NCBI GenBank assembly: GCA_000165425.1
Contig: CT868664.1
Span: 1 to 64,000, forward strand
Length of the DNA stretch: 64,000 nt
From: Paramecium tetraurelia
Lineage: Eukaryota
Direction: 5' to 3'
Shown here: positions 55,142 through 64,000 of the stretch, in pieces
How positions within the stretch are numbered: the stretch's first letter is position 1
Layout: every line of letters starts with the position of its first letter
Notes under the pieces: generated by a model
What the model was told of the DNA's origin: nothing
Databases searched by the model: none
What the model saw: only the letters and a program-made list of their open reading frames with translations
Translations under genes and position numbers: made by a program

Positions 55142-58100
55142 ATGGATCCATAATTAAGTCACTACACTTAATTCTTCATCGTAGTTACTAATCTTTGCAA
55201 GACTAATCAAATCACTCCAGAACAGAAGTCCTTATTGAAAGGCAATCTCACTCGAAAAGAGGAGAAAATCTGTCGTATGTTGATGTAAAATAGTGGTCCT
55301 GGCAAGTATGAGTTGAATATGAACTTCTTAGAGAAATGCAATTGCGAGAAGCCCTGCTTGATTACCTGGCTGCGTAAAACAAACAAATACAAAGAAGGAG
55401 ATCACATAAATCAAAGACTGTTCATTTCATGAAAGATGTAGCAGAGCAGCAGGAAAAACAACCAGAGGTTGTCCCTCCTCAGGAATCGTCAGCCCAGCCT
55501 TTGGCAAGTGCAGCAGCTGTTATGATTGAACAACTGACTGGGGTCTTACACAAACATATTGATAAGCATAGTTTGCTTGTACCAGAGGATAAAGAGAAGC
55601 TGATATAACTGAGCAGCTTAATTTCAAAGCTAACAACAGAGTAGGTTGATTTAGATGGAGTGAGTCCATTTAGGTTTAGATATTCGTCGGAAAATAGCAG
55701 ATTAGCTGAAATAAGTGAGAAGGATCTGGATTCCAGTGACGAGGACGTCTACGAGAAAATGGCAAAGGGAATAGACGAGATCTATAAAGAGTTAAAGAGT
55801 ATTTTCACTGGAAATTTGCATACACATTTACTGCTCATGTAAGAGGACATTTCCTATGAGAATTTATATTAAGTCCTGAAATTCTTACTTAAAATCCTGG
55901 TGGATGCAGATGAATTCACCTTCTTCATTCACAGAGATAAAGAATGGGAAGTGTACTAATCCTCCAATGATTCCATCAAAGACGTAACACCTGAAGAAGC
56001 TCAGAGGGTAACGGATGAATTAGCTTACATTCGTCCCTTCTGTATTTACAGAATAGATCCAAAACAAAGACAGTATCCTTAAATTGAAGATACCTGCAAG
56101 ACGATTGGTTATGCCCAAACATCAATTGTGAAGTTTTAATTGCAATTAAAGAATTACGAAGTTCTATTTTGTCTTCATTGGGCTGACAAAGACAAGAAGA
56201 ATATCAAAAGGAAATTCATAAAGTACTTTGTAGATTCACTATATAAGTTATGCCAATATGTATGGATTCAACAAGGATGTGACTCATTTGGCATAATTTC
56301 TGGTGGAAACCATCATTACAGCCAAGGTCCAATTCTTCAATCCACTTAGATTTGCTGACTAAGTTCAAGATATCGGAATTAGTTTCATGCGTATATCTAG
56401 ATTTTTGTTGGTCGAGGGAATTGAGAAAGTCCTTAGCATAAAATATGAGGTGGATAAGGAACAAACTTTCTCAACCGATGAAAATATCAGAAGGTTGAAG
56501 GAAGCCTCGTGTGTCAAAATCGAATTAAAGGATTCAAACCCAGTCACCTTAAGAATAAAGGATATGGATTTGAAAAATGAATAGGATCAACACTTATACT
56601 AAGTGGTAATCATTAAGCACTTACTTAATAGATCATTCAAATCCAAGAAAAGTATGATGGTTATGTGAAGTTGTGTTACGAAAAGTCAGCATTTTATAAG
56701 TATTTCTTGAGGACGACAGATTCCTTATTATTCGATTTTAATAAACAAGGAGAATTGATTTTCTTGAGTAGACCAATCTCTAAATCCTTAAAGTATTAAG
56801 TTTGTTATAATATTTATAGAGAAAGATATAATATCAACTTTGATCCCAAAGCCATTTTGTATAACAAGATTTCTTATTAGGATATCTTTGCTTAGAATAG
56901 TATCATATCGAACATTGAGGTTAATATTTAGAACATACATGAAAATAGAAGAAATCAATATTTGAGTAATTTGGAGAATCCTTAGTTTGAAATTTTCCTC
57001 AAAGTTGTTGATAATGATTTTAAAGGGTTTACTGTGATTTTCCATGAGAATGAAGCCAGAAGATTGAAACAATACTTCATGGCATTAAAAATTGACAATA
57101 TGACAAATGATGTCTAAAAAGAGGCAGAGGCCAATAAATCTTTAGAGGAGGACATTTAGAAACAAATATTAATTTAATACAACAAACATCAGACATTTAA
57201 ATTTTTAAATTAATTGGATGAAACTCAAGATGTAGCCAATTCTATGATTGCACTATTCATCCCTGAAAATGAATTATCATAGATTAGACATCGCAAAACT
57301 GATGGTAGAAGTCCAGAGTAACAAAATAAGGATATGTAGAATGATTAATGGATTATACCTCCACAAAAGTAAAAGAAAATAGGGTCTAGTGTTTATGTTA
57401 AGTGTTAGTTATAATTAGAAACAGTGGATGCTAATCAATTTAAAGTGAATGAAAGTGACTCTTAATTGGATCTATTTGAGTTTAACATCTTAGTCTTAGA
57501 CTCATCATAAGAGAAGCATCGAATAGTGTATAGCATTTTAGAGAAGAATGGTTTCATATCCTAATACAATTTAAATAAACAATGTTTAGCTCAATTCTTG
57601 AGTGTTTTGTAGAAGAAGTACAACAGACGAAATAATTCATTTCACAATTATGATCATGGAATTGCTGTGATGCAAAGTTCTCACTTCATGTTGTAATGTG
57701 GAAAGGCAAAACAATTCATTGATGATTTCAGAAGAATGTCAACTATAATTTCAGGTTTGTGTCATGATGTATCACACACTGGCAGAACTAACATTTTTAT
57801 GATTAATAGCCAATCCAAATTAGCAACTCGCTATCATGATTCTAGTGTAATTTAATCATTTTATTATTTAAGCCTCTGGAATAGCATCATGCTGCAACTA
57901 CTATTTTTATGTTAAAGGATCCTTCACTCAATTTCTTGAATTCCTTATCAAAGGAACAAACTCAACAATTCAGAAGAGTTCTCATAGATAACATTTTATA
58001 TACTGACATTAAGGTCCACTTCACATTGTTAAAAGATTTTGAAAGTAGGATCAAGGATGAAGTCACGAAACCATTTGGTACTGGGGATGATGATCTAAAA

Positions 58101-58488
58101 TTATTAACAGGAATGATTATTCATACAGCAGATTTTAATGGAGGAGCTAAGGTCTTTGAGATTTCCAGAATTTGGTCTGAGAGAGTTAATAAAGAATTCA
58201 GTGCATAATATGATGAAGAAGGCAGATTGGGAATTCCATAAACACCATTTTTGAAGGATCTTGATAAATTGCATATTATGGCTAAATCTGAAATGGGATT
58301 CTTTAAAGTGATTGTTAGACCTCTTTGGTTCACTTTGAATACCTTCTTTGTATTTCATTATCACATTATCTTAGGATGGATTCCTCCAGTAAAGCATAAC
58401 CAATCTTGATAACACCATTATTAGTTGGGAAAAAATCTATCATGCTAATCTTCCTAAAGAGGAGAGATAACAATAATAATAATAATGA
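55142..58488 (+). CDS. Class I cyclic-nucleotide phosphodiesterase with long N-terminal regulatory region
   Basis: FHNYDHGIAV, CHDVSHTGRTN, LEQHH, ILYTDIKVHF, IHTADF, WSERVNKEF; possible PAS-like segment LLFDFNKQGELIFLS. Confidence 0.9.
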
Positions 58489-59072
58489 ATGTAATTTGTT
58501 AAATATTATGATATCATTTTACAACAAAATACTAATATCAATTAAATTTTTAATTTGGATAAAATACATATACAAAAGGTTTAATATTTTAAGTTTTCAT
58601 TTTATATTGATGTATCTTAAATCGATTATTAAATTATTAAATTGTCTAAGTTTTAGATATATCAGCTTTATTATTAGCACCACTAATATTCATCTCTAGT
58701 TTTTAATAATATCCTTTGAGGAGTGTTAATAAATCCAAATAAAATAAATAATTATTGAATTCTTTAAGAATCCAAATATTTAATATTTATCTTTTTTATT
58801 TCTTGATCAATCCTATTTTTAAGATACCTATTTCATCATTTTCAGTAAAAAAATCCTTAGATTTCCTTTCATTATATCATTAATACGGAAGTAATTTTCA
58901 AAAGGTAGGTAAGAATAAAATTCTTACTCTCCCTTTTGCATAAAATACATACCTGATTTTATTCACCTGAATCCCTTTATTATCCACCTATTTTTCATTC
59001 TTTCATATTGGAACTAATTAAATAGTAGTGTATATATATGAAGGGTAATAATAATAAAATAATTAATAAATA

Positions 59073-60062
59073 ATGAAGAACATAAATTAATTTCAAAGTC
59101 TGGATTGCCAATTAGGTGATTAATATGACCCCACAGCCAAAATAGTTGTTTCGTCTCGCCAGGAGAAGGATGATTATTTACTACCCCGGATTTGCAAATA
59201 AATTGAATTCTACTTGGGAGATGCGAACCTTTTGCATGATAACTATTTCAGACGGCTACTCCAAGAGAATTAGGGTTGGATTCCTTTGGAGGCATTCTTA
59301 TAATGTAATAAGATAAAAGTTATACTTCGTAATTATCCGAAAGGATCGAAGCAACAAGTGCTCATTCTAATATATGCATTGAAAAGAAGTGACATATTGG
59401 AGGTGGATGAGGATCGAGGGATGGTGAAGAGGAGAATTCCATTTGTTGACAATAGTCACTTTATGGATGAGAGGACCATTTATGTGGAGAACATTCCCCG
59501 AGTCGTGGATCAATAATTGTTGCATCAGATTTTCAGCAGAGTAGTGTTATTGTCATTATGAAAAATAGATAGATAAGCAGGTCTTGCAGGTGAAGAAATT
59601 CGACACGTATGGATTTATAACCTTTCTCAACATCGAGAGTGTAAACAAGGCCATTCAAGTTTGCAACAACCTAATACCTAAAGAGATTATGGAGAGGGAA
59701 AGTAAGGAGAGTCTAATTTAGTAATGATCAAAGGCGGATTACGAGTGATGAGTAAGATCGATTGGCTCAATTACAAAAATTAGTGCAAGTAGTTGAAATA
59801 GAAAAAGATTAATGAACTGATCGAGGAGCCTGTCAAATTGAAAATTAAGCAGATTCAAACTCAAGATCTAAAAATCGAAGAGTTGCGCATCGCTGTTGGT
59901 CACGCTGTCAATCCTCGACTGGTGAAGCACATTAATATTGAGGCTGACACATGCGTCATTGAGTGTGCAAATCAATTTGCAGCAGACTCAATCAAACTCA
60001 ACATCTTTCGCATCCAAAACTATGATGACAGATTCTGTAATTCCTTTTTGGACATTTCATGA
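59073..60062 (+). CDS. La-related protein, LARP7/p65-like (La motif + RRM1 + RRM2)
   Basis: KQIEFYLGDANLLHD, GWIPLEAFLQCNKIK, DERTIYVENIP, LRVMSKIDWLNYK; C-terminal RRM-like KIKQI...LRIAVGHAV. Confidence 0.85.
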
Positions 60063-60174
60063 TCACAATATCAATATTCATCATTGTTCCTTCTTTTCAC
60101 AATACTACTTTTTTTCACCATCAGCATTTCCTCCCCAACGACTTTTAAATATTTATAATATAGAAAATCATATA

Positions 60175-62687
60175 TCATTAAGGGAACTTTCTCTTCAAAT
60201 ATGACTCCAACTCCTTTATTTCTATAGGCTTGATCATATAAAAGTCCATTCCTGAATTCAAGGCCTTCTGCTTGCTCTCCAAATCAGCATACCCAGTGTT
60301 CGCTATACAGATTCCTTTTGGAATTTGATTCTCATGCATCATCTTCTTCAAATTTCTCACTGTGTCAAATCCATCCATTATAGGCATATTGAGATCAAGG
60401 AAGAATACAACATAACCATTATTCTAGCAGTGTCGACAAGGCTCCTTCATTTTTTAAATAGCCTTCTTTATTGCTTCCTACCCATTGAAAGTGAAATCAC
60501 AATGAGCATTGAATCTATGCAGAATCAACTGCAGACTCTGAATATTAAAATATTCATCATCTACAATTAATACCCTATTACAACAATTGCTGCCAATGCT
60601 AAATTTAACTATTTCTGACTTGAAGCTAGCTTATAAAGAAGGAATCATAATTTTCGATTCTTCCTATCGTGATTCAATTTCATCTTCTTCCAATTATAAT
60701 TTCTGGCCAAATAATGATTTGGAATCTGCTGATCTGAAACGTATAGCATGGTTTTGAAACAGACTTCTTTCTCTCCATGTGTCGCAATTGTCATCCTTGT
60801 GATCACTGTTCAAGATCTAGCCTTTATGAGAGCTTTCAGAAATTGGTTATTATTCTAAATAATAGGTTTAATTTAACACTTTCACGTAGGTTTGACTAGC
60901 CACATACACACTATCATTATAGAGTTATTGCGAATTGGATATTGTGAAGAAGAATTCGCTGCCCTTTTACAATTCACTCGTAAATTGGATTCCATGTTTT
61001 CCATTCATTTTCAATACGATTGCATTAGAGATGCTCAAGCCCAATCCACATCCAACTGAATTATGAGATATCCTTAGTAATTTGGTGTTGTCCTTCAATA
61101 GTTTTTGCAATTTGACCTGTTCTGCCTGATTCATCCCAATGCCATTATCCTATACTTTGACCTTAATTTTATCCTTGTAAAAGGTGATGGATACTGTGAT
61201 GATGCCATTCTCAGTGAAGCGTATTGAATTGCTCATCAATTGATACAGTACTTATTTGAATCTATCTTGATCGTTATACACAAGAAGTTGTTGAGGACAG
61301 TTGATTATAATTTAATTATTTCTTTGTGTTGTTTATTAATTCAGTAAATATTATATCTCCTGAATGATTTCGTAGGGACTGAATTCCTGAAGTCTCAAAG
61401 CGAATTGCTTCAATAATATAGTGTTGAAATCCCTTACACTCTGAAGTACATACGAGAGTAATTTAGAGTTGATATAAGTAGGCTCGATATAAGTTGCTTT
61501 GACTTGTTCATTGATAAGTTCGTTGTCCATAGCTTCGGATGAGACAGTGACAATGCAATTGAGAAATGTTCCAAACTCATGAGAAATAGATTGGAATATG
61601 TTGCCTAGCAATTCACTTGATAAAGATTCGTAGGTTTGTTTTGAATGATTTGAGTTGTTGTAGAAATTGTTTGTGTTGTTTAGTTTGAAGTTATCTGGAA
61701 AGGTGTAAACAGATTTGTTGATGGTTTTCATGGAGGGTTCAAATTGGATGATCAAATAGTCGATAAAGTTATCGCTCAACACAAAAAAGTTTAATCTAAC
61801 ATTAATCAGATTTTTGTTATCCAAGTCAGCCACACAAAAATAGGAGTAATAGGAATTCATATCAGATAATAGAGATGATAAAATGGTTCTGATGTCGGGT
61901 TTCAAAAATGGCAATTTGAAGGGCGATGAAATAATATTTGTATTATGTTCTGATAATATTTTTACTAGATTTTATGAATAGGTATCGCATCTTATATCCA
62001 ACAAACGTTCGATCGCTTCATCCTTATCGCTTTCCATCAACTAACAGATGTCAGATTGATTGTGGAGACATTTAAAATGATCATTTAGGACAATGAACTT
62101 TTGATCTGTCATCCAGGGCCTCGGTTACTGATCACTCATACATTAATTTAAGAATATGCATCTTTGCACTCTAAATGGTCTCCTATTGCACACATTAGTT
62201 TGATTTGGCTATTGAGGACTTCTTCTTTTTTCGGTTTATAAAGTATAAAAATCCAAGCAATGCAACACATTATCCCAAAGTTAACATCAATCTCCACACC
62301 TACACATAATTGTACAAAATTTGAGAAACCATCCCCCAAAATAGCACCAGAATACTCTGATTATAGAACATTTTTGTGTCGTACAGCAGTTCAAACTATA
62401 TCAATATAAGTACCTAAAATTTAAATCTACTCTACATATAAATATGCTAAATCTTAATTGTCATTTTACAATAATCCGAAGACTATGCCATCATTCCCCA
62501 CTCCCACAATCCATAACACTTTGAAATCTGAATATTTCATCAGAGCCATCTTAACAATTAGACCAATATAGTGTAATAAGATTGGAATCCACAATAAATT
62601 GTCATTGCTATTCAAACTCGCCCAAATCAATTCAAAAGTAACGAATGCCTCGAAATAGAAGAAACTCGCAAAGTTAATTCTCTGCAT
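60175..62687 (-). CDS. Hybrid histidine kinase (TM + HisKA + HATPase + receiver)
   Basis: ISHEFGTFLN H-box, QVLYQLMSNSIRFT N-box, DNGIGM, GCGLGLSIS; receiver FLDLNMPIMDG...ANTG...MDFYMIKP. Confidence 0.93.
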
Positions 62688-63279
62688 ATTTTGAATAATG
62701 AATAATTAAATTTAATTTCTTACTGATAATAAATACTATCACTAAATTGCTGCCTACAATATCGAAATTCAACTTTCAATCAAATATTACTTTCTCGTTT
62801 AACATTATTAAATGTAAATTTCATATTGGATTATTTTTTATAATAATCACATACACAAAGTTAAAATTCAATTAAAAATTATTTATTAAATAATAACAAT
62901 CTATAAATTAATACAAATCTAAAAATTTAACTTATTAATCATTTATTATTGATCCACATATTCTCTCAAGGTAACACACTCCTTCCTATTTGGATCGAAT
63001 CAGCCTCAAAAACCAATAGAATTCCCCACCCTTTCCATATCTACTTGTTTTGCTTGATCTCATTGATATTTCTTTTAATCCATTAATTTAAGGGGATGTA
63101 CTAATATCCAAGATAAGGAAAGTCGATCTAAATTTATTAAATTTATTCGATGTTATTTAAAGTTAACACACTGATCAGGAATATTTAGATTTTAATTAAT
63201 TAATTTATTATTATATTATCTAAAATAAATGCTTCGTTTAGCATTCAAGCAATAAAAACGTTAATCTTTCTAGTAAAAA

Positions 63280-64000
63280 ATGAAAATATGTGAATTATTA
63301 CTCGAACGTGGTCTGAAATTTTATGAATTAGGTATGTGAAAGTTTAGAATAATCCATTAGAACAATTTGGAAATGCAATAGATTAATTTGAGATTTGCAT
63401 GTCTGTATTTGCCGAGGCTAGAATGCCAAAGAGATGGGAAGACACCACATTTGAAGAGTTAATTCAATAAAAATAACCTGAGCAATCTCTAATAGACAGT
63501 ACTTAAAATAATTTAAAGAGCAAAAGGACTTCGTCTCAAATTATTTGAGAAAATGGCAGAATGCTATTATCGTCAGTTGGAACAAGGTGCATGTACAAAG
63601 ATGTGCGACTACTGGTTACAAATGAGTCCCTAATGTATAAATGCTTTGATTTTGCGTGCAAAAGTATGTGTTAGAAATAGCAATAGTCCCGTTTTTTGTC
63701 TGACAATATCACACAAATAGATTGTCAAATGGCATTCAAGGATCTCAAATTTGCTTAGCAACTTGATCCACACAATGCAGCATTGGCAAAGTTTTATGAG
63801 AAGGTGAAAGCATAATTATTGGCATATAAAGAGTTGGAATATAAAAATTACACAGATTTGCAAAGAAAACAATTGGAGTTGATTCAACAGTATAGAAAGC
63901 AAGAAGATGATGAGGATGTCCAATAGGATTTCATGGCTCATTTGGCTTATCAAGATTATGATCAAGAGTTGAGTTATGAATTAGATAACACAAAGCCTAT
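63280..64000 (+). CDS. TPR-repeat protein (runs off window end)
   Basis: ERGLKFYEL.QFGNAIDQF, KLFEKMAECYY...MCDYWLQMSPQCINALILRA, AFKDLKFAQQLDPHN. Confidence 0.7.

Noticed and set aside
58700..59030. Possible small minus-strand gene
   Set aside because: No consistent start, splice and stop model could be built.
62966..63244. 92-aa TGA-free minus-strand ORF, with an overlapping plus-strand frame ending at 63283
   Set aside because: No recognisable motif. Frames of this length arise readily by chance when TGA is the only stop.

Overview
Gene-dense ciliate macronuclear-type DNA, almost certainly Paramecium and probably the aurelia complex. TAA/TAG read as Gln, TGA is the only stop, and introns are tiny (about 20-42 nt, GT..AG), so the supplied standard-code ORF track shows only fragments. 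All models below were hand-translated with the ciliate code, so exon boundaries and some starts are approximate. The window opens with an atypical G-rich 1.1 kb segment, an N-gap and a MORN-variant repeat gene, a layout typical of a scaffold end. About 30 tightly packed genes follow: RPL7, several kinases (ULK-like, CAMK-like, CDPK, AGC, two tandem TKL-like), beta carbonic anhydrase, tRNA-Phe, a Cache-domain membrane protein, ASC-1/TRIP4, RPE, two RAP-domain proteins, a di-heme cytochrome b5, a RING protein, a stand-alone voltage-sensor-like protein, two PDEs, cathepsin C, a CNBD K+ channel, a USP, CFAP57, an SCP phosphatase, a LARP7/p65-like La protein, a hybrid histidine kinase and a TPR protein. 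The best leads are a tandem pair of non-RD kinases that appear to carry a bacterial YbjN/T3SS-chaperone-like N-terminal domain, a TRIP4 with an apparent degenerate AlkB-fold tail whose stop overlaps the RPE start (ATGA), a LARP7/telomerase-p65 candidate, a pore-less VSD protein, and a repeat gene with one intron per repeat, half of them stopless 3n introns.
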